Shown: positions 1 through 14,759 of the stretch, piece after piece
Layout of the letters: every line of letters begins with the position of its first letter
Numbering within the stretch: position 1 is the stretch's first letter
From: the human T2T-CHM13v2.0 reference genome, Homo sapiens
Reading direction: 5' to 3' (one strand)
Assembly: GCF_009914755.1 (NCBI RefSeq)
Contig: NC_060929.1
Length of the DNA stretch: 64,000 bases
Translations under genes and position numbers: made by a program
Notes under the pieces: model-generated
What the model saw: the letters and a program-made list of their open reading frames with translations, nothing else
Told to the model about the DNA's origin: nothing
The model's database searches: none

Positions 1-149
1 ATTTCAAAGATGCCACAGAATCATAAAACTAGTATGTAGCATATAATTTCAATTTTGTCTTAGGGGATAAATTAGTCTAAGAATAGTATACCAAAACATT
101 AATTGTGATAATAGTGTAGTGATCAATTTATGAATGAAATGATCCTCTA

Positions 150-590
150 TTACTGCATGGCACATCATAAAACTTAATGGCTTAAGGCAACAACCATTTT
201 CTTTGCTCATGATTTTTTAGGTCAACAGTTTGGATTATATTCTGCCGGGTGTTTCCTCTGCTGATCTTGCATGAGGTCACTCTTGTAGCAGTCATCATCT
301 GGCAGCTTGACTTGGAGCCGGATGGTCTAAGATAGTTTCACTCATATCTGCCAGTTGATGATGGCTTTTGACTGGGTTTGGCTTTCCATGTGGTTCCTCG
401 TCCCCAGGGAGCCTAGCTTAGATTTCTTCTCATGGGGCTCTCCAGTAGTAAAAGATAAATGTTGAAAGCTACAAGGCCTCTTAAAGCCTAGGATTGGACA
501 TTCCACAGTGTCATTTCTGCTGCATTCCATTGATTAAAGCAAGTTACAAGGCTGGATTCAGTGGCGATAGAAACTTCACCTAATAATTGG
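150..590. mobile_element. MLT1-family (ERVL-MaLR) LTR relic
   Basis: aaaacttaatggcttaaggcaacaaccatttt...tcatgat...ggtcaacagtttgg resembles MLT1 consensus; subfamily not resolved. Confidence 0.65.
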
Positions 591-624
591 AGATTAATAG
601 CAAATTCCTTTTTAAAAAAGAATG

Positions 625-1058
625 TTTTGTTTATTAATTTTTTAAATTGACACATTATAATTGTACATATTTATGGGGTATAATTCCATGTTTTGATACA
701 TATCTGTGCTATATAATGATCCAGTAAGGTAGTATATTGATCACCCATGCATTTATCATTTGCTTGCAGTGAGAACATTCAAAAGTTTCTATTCTAGCCA
801 TTTTGTAATATGCAATATTTTACTGTTAAACACAGTCACCCTGCTGTGCAATAGAACACCAGAATCTCTTCCACTTATCTAATTGTAACTTTTTATCCTT
901 TGACCAACCTCTCCCCATCTTCTCCCTTGTCCCCTCCCCAGTCTTTGGTAACTACTGTTCTACTCTCTGCTCTTCTATGATTGATATCAACTTTTTTTTT
1001 TTTTTAAGATTCTACATTTGAGTGAGATCATGTGGTATTTGTCTTTCTGTGTCTGACT
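625..1058 (-). mobile_element. L1MA-type 3' end
   Basis: ataattgtacatatttatggggta...cagtcaccctgctgtgcaatagaacaccagaa...gagatcatgtggtatttgtctttctgtgtctg. Confidence 0.8.
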
Positions 1059-1821
1059 TTTAATAGCAGATTGTATCGTGATATCCTTGTCTCCTGATTT
1101 CACTGTCGTGGATCAATTCTAAAACATCCTAATAGCATTGATAGTTTTTTGTTAATTTATTAAGATCTTGGCAGATGAAAACATGATCTGTACATGTTTG
1201 AGAGGTTTATTTCTATTTTTTAATATAAAAATAAAATATAGATAATATAAATACCCAACATACCGACAACTCCACCTCTCAGAAATGACCAGTTAACCTT
1301 CTTATTTTCAGTGTATCCAACTGGATATTTATTTAAATGTTTATAACCTGCTTTTCTCTCTTTATATTTTGAATACTTTTCTATGTTTAAAATAGGTATA
1401 AATAATTTTTTGTCTGCATAATATCTTATTCAGTATGAATATACCTATCCCTTGTTGTTTTAGGTTTTTCTCTTTTTTTGCTATGTAAACTATACTGCTG
1501 TAAACATTCTTATATGTATATCTCTGGCACTTACTCCAAGGAAAAAATCCTACTATGAAGTTACTTGGTCAAATAAGTATTTTGGACTTTTGATATGTAT
1601 TGACGAGGCATGATTTTAAGAATTCTCTGGTTTAAACTTATTAGTGAGTATAATGTTGCAGAGCTGAATTCATTATGTTTGAGATCATGTGAAAGGGAAA
1701 TTTCTGAAAGCTAATTTGAAATAGCAACCATTAAGAAAAATATATTTCTTTAGCATTTCATTTACAAATCAAAATGTATAAACTTAGTTGCTAATATTTT
1801 CTTGTTTTTCTGGTGTTGCAG

Positions 1822-2066
1822 TTTTTTGTTGATACATAATAGTTATACATATTTTTAGAATTGATGTGACATTTTGATACATGCATACAGTGTGTAATGA
1901 TCAAATCAGGGCAGTTGGAATATCCATCACCTCAAACATTTATCTTTTCTTTATGTTGGGAACATTCCAATTCTTCTATCTATTTTGCACTGTACAGTAA
2001 ATTATTGTTAATGGGTATGAAAATAAAGTTAGAAGGAGTAAGATCTAGCATTCGATAGTACAGTAG
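1822..2066 (-). mobile_element. L1MA 3' fragment with a 5' inversion
   Basis: 1822-2010 is an antisense L1MA 3' end; 2008-2066 is the adjacent upstream L1 segment in the opposite orientation. Confidence 0.75.
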
Positions 2067-3093
2067 TAGGTTGTCTGTAGCTAACATTGTCTTAGTGACC
2101 AAAGCTTTCATTTTGCATTTGGGTCCACTAATTAGAGTTCTTCATCTTTCTTTTTACATGTGGATATGTGTTGCCTTTCATTCATCTGTAATTTCCAGGT
2201 CCTTAAAAAAAAAAAGTAGATTGAGAATGCAGGCATTTTGAAGACTGGGTGCAAAAATCCTAGAATTCTGCCTCCCAACCCCAACCCCCAACCCCAAGGT
2301 ATTAGGTTTTTCTTGCGCATACCTAATTTGGCAGCAGTGTTATTTTGAGGACTCATTTTTGTAGGATCTTTCTGATACATAACTCAGTTTTCATAAAAAC
2401 AATTTTTATATTTTTCATTTAATGACACAATATTTAATTATTATAAAACCATAATTACAAGTTTAACTAACATAAATCAGCTTGAGAACAAACAACTAAT
2501 TCTTAGAGTAGAGTGCCTCTGGTGAGAGCATATGTGCTTGGACCTTCTGGAGAGTAGCCCTTTAGTTGTGGGCATTCATTGAGCACTTAGCATCTGAAAA
2601 TGTCTTACAGAGAGAATGGAAGACATTGGTTAATTTGGAGGTTTGTTAAGTCAACATGGGTTAAAAGAATTTCTACCTTGTTTGTTGTGATAGTCATTTT
2701 TCTTCTTTTACTGAAGGCAATGACTTCTTCCTCATTAAATTTTTTTAGGTTTTAGATTTTATGATTAAGATTTGTATTATATTATAGTTATTTATTTGGT
2801 CCTGTCCTTGATCTTTTTCACAGCAGGATTCTTTATGTGCTACGGTTTTTGTTTCTGTTTGCAATTGTCCTTGGTCATTGGCATTCTCTAGTGGAATTTC
2901 TCCTTTTCAACTAAAATGTTCTCCTGGATAGATATTTAAAACAATGTGCAAAATTAAACCAGAAGTGGCTCATCTTTTCTGCTTCTTTTCTTTAGCACTG
3001 TAATGTTGATTTTTTGCTTATAGGACTATAGAACTGCACAGCTGCGATTAGACTTCATAAATATAACGCAGTAGAGAATTTGAAAGTGATGGA

Positions 3094-3543
<450 letters not shown>

Positions 3544-4179
3544 TTATATTATTGTAGGAGTCAAATAAGATAAGTGGGTCACAACACTTTTCAAACTATG
3601 AAGTGCTTTATTAATAAAGAGCTCATTGCTATTATATTAAATAATTAGGTTAGAAGCTTCAAAATCATAAGACAATAAACGTGTCTTTAACTTTTCAGCA
3701 AAGCACACTAGTCTTTCTCTTTAAGATTCATTAGCATAATTTCCCCCTCATGCCTTAAAAATGATGTTTCATTGTCATTCACAGCACACATTAGTAGGTA
3801 AATTCTTAAAATATGAAAAGTCCAGAAACCTTGTTTTGCCTTTAACACCAAAAATACCAAATCACTTACGTAAGCAACAACTCTGGCCTCTTGACGTCTT
3901 TTAGGGTCAGCTGGAACAATGTCCGTGGAGAACCCTCAGGTATAGTGGAACTTTAGATATTATCTGTTTCACAGAGATTTTGACACACAGATTTTACATT
4001 TTAAGTCATCTGACTTCTAAGACATTTGTCAAATGGCTGCCTTGATATAAAAACACTATAACTGCTCCCAAAACATCCCTAAGAATTAAGTGTCTCTAAA
4101 GGCCATGTTCATGTACTATACTGCATTTACACAGTAAAACTCAACGTACTGGATGACAGCTACAATTTGTAGCCTGGCT

Positions 4180-4320
4180 ATTATTATTATTATTTTTTTT
4201 TGGTAGAAGCTGGGTCTCACTGTGTTGTCCAGAGTGGTCTTAAACTCTTGGCCTCAAGTGATCCTCCTGCCTCAGCCTCCCAAAGTGCTGAGATTACAGG
4301 TATGAACCACTGTGCCTGGC
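4180..4320 (-). mobile_element. Alu left monomer (FLAM_C-like)
   Basis: Single antisense monomer ...ctcaagtgatcctcctgcctcagcctcccaaagtgctgagattacagg. Confidence 0.85.
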
Positions 4321-6579
4321 GTCTTCACTATATTTTATGTCTTCTAAACCATAATTGACTTGAATTATCAACCAGCTTTGAGGAAAGAAGAGGAAAAGTA
4401 GTAAGTATATAAAAAGTAGTTCTCAAGAATCAGTGTCTAGTAGAACTGAAAGGCAGTGACTCAGATCCCATAGTCACTGAAATACTACTAAGTCCTCCTG
4501 ATTTAAGATCCAGCCCCACAGCAGGTATTAGAAGGACCTTGTTAACCTTATAGACAGTGTATGAATTTTATCTTATTCCAAGCCTCCAGTAAACCTGGAT
4601 TCAGCCCTTGAAGAGTTTATGCATGGACATGGAGGTAATTTTTGTTTATACTTCATTTTAATATATTAGATTATTGCTACTTTCATTTCAACATTTATGG
4701 CAGGTTTCTTCCCTGCTAGGCACCAGGAATACAAAGATGAATGAGGTTATGAACCTCTCCTTGGAGGAATTATTCATATTTGGAGCAAAATTTATAATTG
4801 CAGTTTACTTATGCAGAAATTCTTTTTTTCTACAGCATAAACCGGGCCTTGAGAGTTTCCTAAACCTTCTATCCTCAACTTCTAATTCTTGAACAGCAAA
4901 AAGTTACCAGGATTGAAATGTATCCGTTATTCTAGAAAAGTAAATGTAGAGCAGGTTTTGGAACTCAATATTTCATCCTAAATGTGAAAGACTGTATAGG
5001 CAAATAGTGTGCATAATTTCCTTTTTCCAGGGTTGAGGGGCTGCCAGTGGTGTGTAGTGGGGAGAGAGTGAAGTGACTCATAATTCTGGAATGATTGTTT
5101 TGATCTCCTCCTGTAGCCTCTGTAGGATACTGGCAGGGCAACCAGCATAATTAACACTACACAGTCTAATTATAAACAAAACTCTATGTACAGTGGCTAC
5201 CAAGAAGCAAGCCTGTACTGGATAATCCCCCAAGTTGGCAGGATTACTTTTAGAATGATTATTAGATAGTGTCGTTTACTATAAATCAAGTTGTTTTTCT
5301 TTGATTGTCCAGGGACTTACCCTGGGGGGAAAGTGAATATAATAATATTTGTGGAAGTCTTCTGGGTTATTTTTTTCAGGGCCCATTTAAGGATTTCTTT
5401 ATTGCAGTTCTTATAACCTTTTTGTCTTAAGAGAACATTTGTACATCTTACTATGTATGGCGTACTCTTTTAGGGAGAGTAGGAAAATTGGTCAGAGTAA
5501 GACATTTGTTCCAATAATAGTTGGATTGGTTTTTTTAAAGGTGAAAGAAACTAGGAATTTGAAAAGATTACATTGGACCGGTATAATAAATAAAGAGGGA
5601 GAAAAAAAGCCTATGGGCTGCAGAGAAGAGGATGGGATAAGGGGACAAAGTGAAGTGGCTATAGCTGCCATGCATGCTTGAGAGAAACCAAGATGTTTGT
5701 AACATGTGTATGGTCTCACATGCTGTTCAGAGGCAGAGCAGGCACTGTGCGTGGTTGTATGTGCTTTAGGGATTTGTGGAAGCATGGCTGAGAGCTGAGG
5801 ACCAATTTAGTTTGTTTATATACAGGGCCACTGGGTCTCTTAGATTTAGAACAAAGATCCTAGCTGTGGAGATTTGTTTCACATAGCTGTGACCTGAACA
5901 ACTGCAGAATGGTTATATTTATGCAAAATGAGCCTCAGAATTGTGATTACCTCAAATGAAGTAAGAATTTTAAATCAGATACTTCAAAATGAGGGCTTTT
6001 TTTCCTATCCAGAAAAACTCAGTTAAAATTTAAGTGGACACTTAAAAGGAGTTTCCCTTTTTAAGAAAGAAATACAGAAATCCAAATACAAAAATGAATG
6101 TTAAGTAGTTTTTTGCTTAAGAATGCTTGCTTTTTTTTTTTTTAACTTTTGATGAGCTCATAAGAAGTTTCCTTTAAATAGCAGTTCTGTAGTTCATTTT
6201 AAATATTTGGATTTACAAAGAAAATTTCCCTAGCTTTTTACTTGAAAGGAGAGGGAGAACATACTGTATTTTTCTAAATTTGGGCATAACTGGTATTATT
6301 ACTGGCTAAATAATTTTGTGTTTGCCAGATAGTCTTGAAAGAGGGACAGATGTAAGACGGCTGGGCTTGTTAAAAGATCTCTGTCTCTAGCCTGTGACCC
6401 AGTTCTGATTTGTCCCTTTAAATTACCTAACTAGACTTTTGAGAAGTGAAAAATTGGTTTTGGAGATGCACCAGGACAATGGTATGTGTGGATTTTTGGG
6501 CCAGTTTCTAGGAGAATATGAGTTAGAGCCGTCCACACTACTTTCCTGCCCTCTAGCAGCATTTTTTGCATTATTTTTC

Positions 6580-8220
6580 AGTTGTTTATCTGGTTTCTAT
6601 TTTGTTGATTTTTGCCCTGTTTTTTTTTTATTATTTTTTCTACTTAGGTTTAATTTGGTATTCTTTTCTAGGTTCTTAGGGTGGAAATGTCGTTATTTTT
6701 AAACCTTTTCCCAATATAGGCATTTAAAGCAATAAATTTTCTTGAATTTTGATATATTATGTTTTTATTATTATTTATTTCAAATATTTTATATATTCCT
6801 TGTGGTTTCTTCTTTGACTTATGGATTACTTAAAGTCTTTTGTTTTTATTTTCCAAATATCTAGGGATTGTTTACCTAATTTACTAATTGATTTTTTAAT
6901 TGTTTCCATTGTGTTTAGAGAACAAAGTCTCTAAAAAGCATATTTCAGTCTTTTGAAGTTGATTGTGATTTATTTTATTTTATTTTGCTTTATTCCATCT
7001 TGGTGAATGTTTCATATGTATTTCTGCAGTTGTTTGATTTTATATTCTGTGAATGTCAGGTCAAATTAGTTAATAGTATTGTTCCGATCTTCCGTGACCT
7101 TACTTATTTGTTGTCTACTTGTTCTATCAGTTATGAAGAGAAAGGATATGGTTGTGGATGTTTTTGTTTGTTCTATTCTTCATAAAAAACTTCTTTTTGA
7201 AACACTGTTATTAGGTATACATATTTAAGATTGATATCCTGCTGAATTTCTCCTTTTATCATCATAAAATATTCTTCTTTGTTAATCTATTTGTGTCTAA
7301 ATTTAAAATGCATCTCTTACAGACAGTGTATATAGTTGTTTCTTGCTGTTTTGTCCCCATTGTGACAGTCTCTGTTACAATGTTTAATCCATTTACAGTT
7401 AATGCATAGGTCAGGTTTAAGTCTACCATGTTGCCACTGTTTTCATTTGTTCCTTTTGTTTTTGTTTATCTGTTTCTCCTTTATTCATTTTTTTTGGATT
7501 AAGTGGGCAATTTTAGTATTTCATTTTATTTTCTCTATTGGATTCTTAACTATGCATCTTTTTAAAATCACTTTTTCAGTGTTTCTTCTAGGATTAATAA
7601 TATGCATCATTAAGTCTGTGTATAGTCAGTATTGTACCATTTCACATTCTATACCTGACCCTTCTTCCTTTCTGCTTAATTTCTCTTACTCAACTTCTGT
7701 ATTCTCTGTGCTTTTGTTGTCTTTTATTTTTTGGTTTTAAGCATACAGTTTTTAAAGATAGTCTTTTAAGGAAATTATAAGAAGAATAAAGAATGTACAC
7801 CTTTTATTTTAACATGTATTATTTCTGGTATTCTCTCCTTCCTGAAGATCTGAGTTTCCGTCTGGTAGTAGTTCCCTTCATCCTGAAGAACCTCCTTTAA
7901 AATTTCTTGTAGTATACATCTACTTGAGGAAAATGTGTTCTAAATGAATTCTGTAAGCTGTCATTTATTTGAAAATGTCTTTTACTCTTGATTTTGAAGC
8001 ATATTTTCACTGTATGTGCAAAGTTGAGTTTAGAATTTTCTTTGTCTTCCAACTCTTTAAAAATGCTCTATCATCTTCAGGCCTCCACCGTTGACATGAG
8101 AAGTTAGTGTATGTACTGTTGTTCATCTGTATGTAGCATTGTTTCCAGGTTCTCTTAAAGGTTTTCTTTTTATCTTTAGTTTTAAGCAGTTTTGACCATG
8201 ATGTGCTTAAGACATTATTA

Positions 8221-8263
<43 letters not shown>

Positions 8264-9650
8264 TTATCTTTTTGGGGGTTTGCTGAACATTTTGGATCTG
8301 GTAAGTGGTGTTTTTCATCAAACTTAATAATATTTTAACTATTATTTCTTCAGATATTTTCTTCTGCTGCATTCTCACACTCCTTCTGTGGCTCCTGTTA
8401 GATACATGTTAGACTGTCTGATACTGTCCCCCAGATCCCTGATGCTGTGTTTATTTTTCTTCAATCCTTTGTCTCATTGTTCTTCAAATTGGTAATTTCT
8501 AATGATCTGTCAAGTTTATGGACTCTTTCTTTTGCTGTCTCCAATCTGCCATTAAGTCCATTTAGTAACTTTTTCATTTTATTTATTGAACCTTTTTCTC
8601 CTAGATTTTTCTTTTTTCCCTCTCATTTAGTTCTTTTTTAGTCTTGATTTCCCCACGGAGAGTCTCATCTATTCACATATTCTCATTTTTTCCTTTTTAA
8701 AATACATCTTCCTGCTTAATGATGGGGATACAATTGAAAAATAATAAAACACGTCTTCTTCAGGGATTCTTTTTTATTTATAATGGCTACTCTAAAGACT
8801 CACTAAATACAATGCAATATCTGGACCACCTTAAGATTGCTTTCTAATGATTTTGTTTACTTAGGGTTCACATTTTCTTGTTTCATTAAATGTCTAGTAA
8901 TTTTTTATTACATATTGAATAGTGTCAATGGCACATGGTAGAGATGCTGAATTAAAAAAAACTCTGTAAAATGTTGATTTTTCTCTCTCTGTCTCTGTAG
9001 ACAGCTTAGTTACTGGCTGATCACCTTGTGTAGGCTTATTTTTAAGGCAGATCTGTGGAAAGCCTAAGGTGTTTATCAGGCTCCTCTAACTTAGTGAGAC
9101 TCATCCTTAAATACTTTTTCCCCTGTGGATTTTATTAGGGCTTGGTTTTAGGCTTTGTTACTATGGATCTAGAGTAGGTCTTATTCTAGGGTGTCACCTT
9201 TACTTCTACACTGAGGCCTTTCTAGTGTTTCAAGCTGATGCCTAGGGTGTTATGAGTTCTCTTTGCTCTGGCTGGGTTGACCTGCCACTACTTCCCTGCA
9301 CTGCTTGACCTCTAGTATTTCTGTTCTGTCTTAACCTTATTGCAGCTACTTTCTTCTACACCTCATGTCCTAAATTGGCTAAGGACTCTCAGAAAACCTT
9401 GTGCAAACTTCTGTGACTCCCCTCTGCACGTGCCCCCCTTCACCAGCACTGCTCTGCTTAGACCCTAGCTTGCTGAACTACAGTTGGGAAATTGTCCCCA
9501 GAGAACCAGAGTGATTGTGGGCTCACCTGTTCCTTCACTCAGAGGTCACACTCTGTTAGCTAGTATGTGCAAACAGGTGTATTGTTTTGTCTAGTTTAAT
9601 AGTTGTTTATGAGAGGAATGATAATCTGGTACCAATTACTCTGTTATATT
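6580..9650 (-). mobile_element. Old L1M/L1ME relic covering ORF1 and flanks
   Basis: T-rich antisense L1-like sequence. ORF 8007-8378(-) EEIIVKILLSLMKN...QIQNVQQTPKKIN...KLLKTKDKKK resembles L1 ORF1p; boundaries approximate. Confidence 0.75.
8223..8260. repeat. (TG)19 microsatellite inside the L1 ORF1 relic
   Basis: Read directly. Confidence 0.97.
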
Positions 9651-10384
9651 GAAAGTTGAAGTCTCTCCCAGTATGCTCATGGACTGAATCATTGCTCGCT
9701 GATCTTCTCGCCTCCCACCCTCAGTCATCCATTTACTTTTCTCTTCACAAGGGAGACAAAGTCAGGGTGAGGGGCAGCAGAAGAAAGACCTTACTTGGAT
9801 CTTGCTCCAATGTCATGACCTTGGGCCTCTGAACTAGAAAATTAAAGGTGTTGTGAAAAAGCACAATATACTAGGGGTAAAGTAGTAATGCATGCGGGAC
9901 TTTACATGTTCATATTTTATGCCACTGCTTATACATTGAGGTGTTACACAAACAGGTGTCAGGAAAAGGGACGACTTAGATACATCTTCAAAACTTGTTT
10001 GCTGTTAATGACTGCCCTTCAGATTCTGGTGAGATAAGATACATCTAAACTTGTAACTTCTCATGAGCACTGTAATTAACAGGAAGAGATTTTCTTTGAG
10101 TATGGGTTTAGCGGGGGTTGGGTAGTGTTTTGTCCATTTGGACCTACCCAGAAAAAAATCACCTTTTTTTTGTTCTAAATTCTAGTGTTTTTCTTTCTTT
10201 TTAAGCTTAAACTTAAAAAAAATAGAATTTTTTTTGATAGAAGAGTATTCTCATTAGGGAAATAGTTACTTTATATGATACTTAGTCATCACTTTGGAAA
10301 TTTATCTAGAAAATATTTTAAGTGCTGTCCCATACTTGGAACTTATAGTTCTATATAAATATGTCATAGGGGACTCAGAAGAAT

Positions 10385-10626
10385 ATTAGACTTTTTTCCT
10401 TGTTACTATTCTCTAAAAAATAACAGTATAACAACTATTTATATAGCATTTACAATGGATTGGATATTATAAGTAGTCTAGAGATGATTTAAAGTATGTG
10501 GGAGGATATGCAAAGATTAGATGCAAATATTACAGCATTCTGTAGAAGGGACTTGAGCATTTCTGGATTTTGGTTTCACAGGGAGCCCTGGAATGAATCC
10601 CCCACAGATGCCTAGGGACAGCTGTA
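10385..10626 (-). mobile_element. MER2 (TcMar-Tigger) DNA transposon fragment
   Basis: cagtataacaactatttatatagcatttac...tagagatgatttaaagtat...gggacttgagcat...atcccccacagat, ending ctgTA. Confidence 0.85.
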
Positions 10627-11099
10627 CATCCTATTACATTTTCTCAGAAAATGTGATGGCAGCTTAAAGCTTTAATCCTTCTAAAGTCTGTGAGAAGTTT
10701 GCTTCTTTTAGTTCAAGTTGCTGTTAATGTTGTTTGTCATGGCTTCGCTTTTTGTCCTGTCTTCTAAATTGTATCCCTCAATTGATGACTTGCTCTCTTG
10801 CCGGTAGCCTCTATGCACTGTAAATTTGCCTTCTCACCACATCCTCCCTATATGTTTAACCCTGTCTCTGTCTCCTACCTCTGCTTTCTCTACCTTTTAT
10901 AAACATTTTGTTTAACTTTTATTGTGGTAAAATACACATAACACTTCTCTTCTTTTAGACCTGGGCTGGTAAGAAGTGCTGAAGATGTTTTTTAGAGATT
11001 TGTGGTATGACAAATTCCACTGGGGTTTCTGACCTTCTCAGTCATGCTTGTCTTGGGGTCACCACTCCTTGGCCCTCTCCTATGGCACCTGTCCCTCAT

Positions 11100-12460
11100 T
11101 CTGCTCAAGCCCCTATGCCTTCCCAACAACTTGCCTTTAGCTCTGGGCAGATGTCTTTGCTTGCACTTGTCACAGAGAACATGAAGGCTCTCTGCTGTTT
11201 TGTGCCCATGCACATGCCTCTTCTCTGTCTTTACCTCCTGTCCTCCAGGCTTGGAGGGAGAGCACCTAGCTCCCATCATTTTCTTGTACACTCTCCCTGT
11301 CCCTCTGGATGCTACGCCAGCATTTTCCCTCCCCTACTCCTTCACCTCCACATTTTGTCTTTCTTTACTGTTCCTTTCCTGCAGAAATACATGCCCAAGT
11401 TGTTCCCATCTTAAACACAGACAAATGAAAAACAAAAGGATTTAAGTTTTGTCTATACCACATTTTCCTTTAGTTTATCCCTATGTTTTTTCCTTGATAA
11501 ACTACTACATACCTTCAAAGAATAGTCTGCAGTCCTTGTTTTCTTTTGTTAACTTTCCATTTCTTCTTTGGGCCCCTGGAATCAGGCTTCTACTCTCACT
11601 ATTAAAGTCACTGGTTCCCTGGTTACCAAATGTAAGGGTCTCTCTAGGCCTCATTTTACTTGACCTTTCTAAAATATTTAATGCTGGCCACTTTCATCTT
11701 TATGAAAGCTTTAGGTTTCTGGGATGCCACTCCTGATTTTCCTACCTTTGGTCCATTTCTTCTCCTTTGCTGACCTTCTTCCTCTGGCCACCCAGCTCTT
11801 AAATGCTGATCCTCCCTGAGTCTCCCTTTCGATAGTCTCATTTATCTGCATGGTTTTAATGACCATATCTGCACAGGTGATTCGGAAACCTGAATCTTCC
11901 ACCCAGATCACTCTCTTGAGCTCTAAACCCACGTAACATAATCCTTTTAACAATTCTACAAAATAGCACTGTTTCCCACATTTATAGGTGAGGAAATTGA
12001 GGCTAAGAAAGGTAACCTGTTTGAAGTCAGTGGAAAAGCCAGGATTTTAACGTCTACCTAAAATCAGGCCTTTAACTCTATTAATCAAACATCTCCACCT
12101 GGTTATCTGACAGATATATCCTACACTGAATGCCATCTCATAATCCTGTTCTCCTTCCTTGCCTCAAAAAAAATTAGAAAATGTGAAAGACTATATTCTC
12201 AATCTCAGTGAATGACATTCCTTCTTTTCAGTTATACAAGTTGGAATGTAAAGGGAATTGACATAGACTTTTCTCTGTCTCCTACCCTGCAGGTCCATCT
12301 AGCCCGAGGTAGTATCAGTTCTTGTGCATCTACCTTTTTGACGTGACTTGTAATCATACCCTCCTCTTTATTCTCACTGCTACTGACATAGTTAAGAACT
12401 TTATCTTGACTGTTATTGCCATTATAGTGACAGTCTAACTCACTGCTTCTCACATTATCT
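11100..12460 (+). mobile_element. L2 relic interrupted by a MIR (~11940-12080)
   Basis: ctcattttacttgacctttct encodes the L2 RT-like LILLDLS motif; pyrimidine-rich L2 strand. Confidence 0.75.
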
Positions 12461-14375
12461 GAGCTGAAGAACCAGGGTTTATTGTTTCTGTTTTTTTAAT
12501 TTTTAATCTGTTGCAGAAATTTTGTAGCATATAAAAAAATTAATTAGAAAAATGAAATGAAAAAAGACATACAAAAATAGCTCAGTTTTATACATTATTA
12601 AATTCAATACACATAAAAATTACTCTGTCAAATTGTCATAAAAGTTTTTGGGTACTAATAGTCTATGTATATCCTGTCCCAGATGGGTCACACTTTTGCA
12701 CATTGGCACTGGTCCACAAACAACATTGAGGAATGCTAGTTCACAGTATCTGATGAAAAGAAATGTCTTCAGTTCTCTTAGATTATAACCACATGGGCCT
12801 ATGTTATTTAAAACTGAAACATTTCAGTAGAAGGTTCTTTGCTTTGACTTATAGATAGCTTCTATATGTGGATTTAAGAGGTTTTAGAAAATTCCCTGTT
12901 TCTTTAGGATCCCTTCTTTCAGTAGGAATAAATCCCATCGAGCAAGGGGTAATCATGTGTTATGTTACAATTTAATGCCAAAATCAAAGTGTACTGACTT
13001 AAGAATCAAATCAACATTTTCTTAAATAGGCTTGAAGTACCTTCATGTATCTTCATGGGATACCTGTAATAAAAGTGATTTTCCCTGATTTGATATATTT
13101 AACTTGATATGATTGTGCATACAAAAAAAAAACTGTGCTTCTATATTGCACAGTGAAATATAGCAAATGGGTTGATGTGATCTCCATTTCTGAAAGATTA
13201 AAATTCTACGTTGGTATTATTCTGACTGGGAGTGAAATAATAAAAGTAAGTTATTTGGATTTAGGCAGGCATCTGACTAAGCCCTTGTCAGAAGATTTGA
13301 AATTAATGACATGCAGACAGGAGATACCAAATTGTCAAACTGTAGAATATCTCTTGGCTTTAAATGGCATGGCAGAAGAATAAAAAAACACAGCAACAAA
13401 GTTCTAAGGGGACAGAATTGAGAGATTGGAATGCTCTAAATATTAAGCTGAGATTGTACCTGGAGTTAGTTCAGAAATATAGTAAATAAAACCATGCTGT
13501 ACAGAACCCATTGTTGTCTGCAGTAGGCCTGACACAGAACAAAACACATGGGGCAAATGCCTGAGAGCATAATCTTCCCATGTGTGGTAAAAAAGTCAAA
13601 AAAGGCCTTTTTAGACATTTTTAAATTAAAAAAAAAAATTAAGCTAGTCTACAGCAGTGTGCCAGGAACCAAAAAACTACTACAGAAACTTTCTAATCAT
13701 TAAGAGTTTTAAAAGCAATTTTAAAAAATTGAATACAGCAATATTTGCTCTGTTAATGAAGTGTATGACCCAAAACACTATTAACTATCAAAACAGAACA
13801 TACTTTTTTTTTTTTAACAAGAAATTGGGGCACTATAGGAAGTTTAGGAGATTATATTCCCAAAAGCAGTATGTTAGAACCCTTCTTCTTTCATAGTAGA
13901 TGGGTAGATGGCAGAATGCTAAACTCATACCTAGAAAATGATTAGAAGTTTTATTCAAATAAAAATTTTAAAGTAGCATAACTTGTATACAGTTCAGGTT
14001 GGAGAGGAGTCAGGAAAAGGTAACCTCATTGTGATCCATATGCTCCCCAAAGCAGAAATGGGTGAAGTGAAATGAAAAGAAAGTTTATTTTTTAAAGGTA
14101 ATAAAGACAAAGGAAAAACAAAAAAACATAACTTTTCTTAATTTGTGTTGTAGCAAGTTAAGCTGAGGTACGGAATACCAGGTGGATGGGCATGGGAAAG
14201 GGAGATGATGACACTGCAAGCAGAGGGAAGAGAAAAGAAAAAGAGACATGTGGAGGATAGCGTGGAATAGCTGCCTGGCCTGTGCTCAAAATAGTAAGCA
14301 GTTTGGGATGGCCAGAGCATACTCAGGAATGGTATTTAGTGCTGGCTGGGATCTGACCATGGAAGATGCTTATAC

Positions 14376-14520
14376 CAGTGCCTCTCAAACTTAAGTGCAC
14401 GTGAGCACCCGAGGATTTGTTAAAATTCGTATTCTAGGTGGAGACTTCAGAGGCTGCGTTTCTAACAAGCTGCAATGTGATGCAAATGCTGCAGGGTCAC
14501 AGGCCACACTGAACAGCAAA
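14376..14520. mobile_element. MER5A (hAT-Charlie)
   Basis: cagtgcctctcaaactt...ttgttaaaat...tttctaacaagc...gtgatgc...ccacact. Confidence 0.75.
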
Positions 14521-14759
14521 ACTGCAAATTTTATCCTAATATTTATCAATAATATGTTTTATGGATGAAGAGTTTCCACCATTACAGTGTTTGTTGAATA
14601 GCACAAAATACATAGCATTTATCTTAAGCTAGATATTCAGTAGTTTTTTGTAAGCTTTGCTCTCCTGATGGTGAAATAATACTCTTAGCAACTTCATTGC
14701 CAGGTATGAAATAAATAATTCAGGGCTCTCATCTTTTATTGAATTAGTTTGAGTAGAGG

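Noticed and set aside
2132-2380. 82-aa minus-strand ORF (MYQKDPTK...)
   Set aside because: No recognisable homology, splice context or processed-pseudogene hallmarks.
8007-8378. 123-aa minus-strand ORF with a poly-HT tract
   Set aside because: Decayed L1 ORF1 plus a (CA)n repeat, not a gene.
10992-11953. Cluster of overlapping ORFs up to 135 aa
   Set aside because: They lie largely in an L2 relic with no coherent splice structure.
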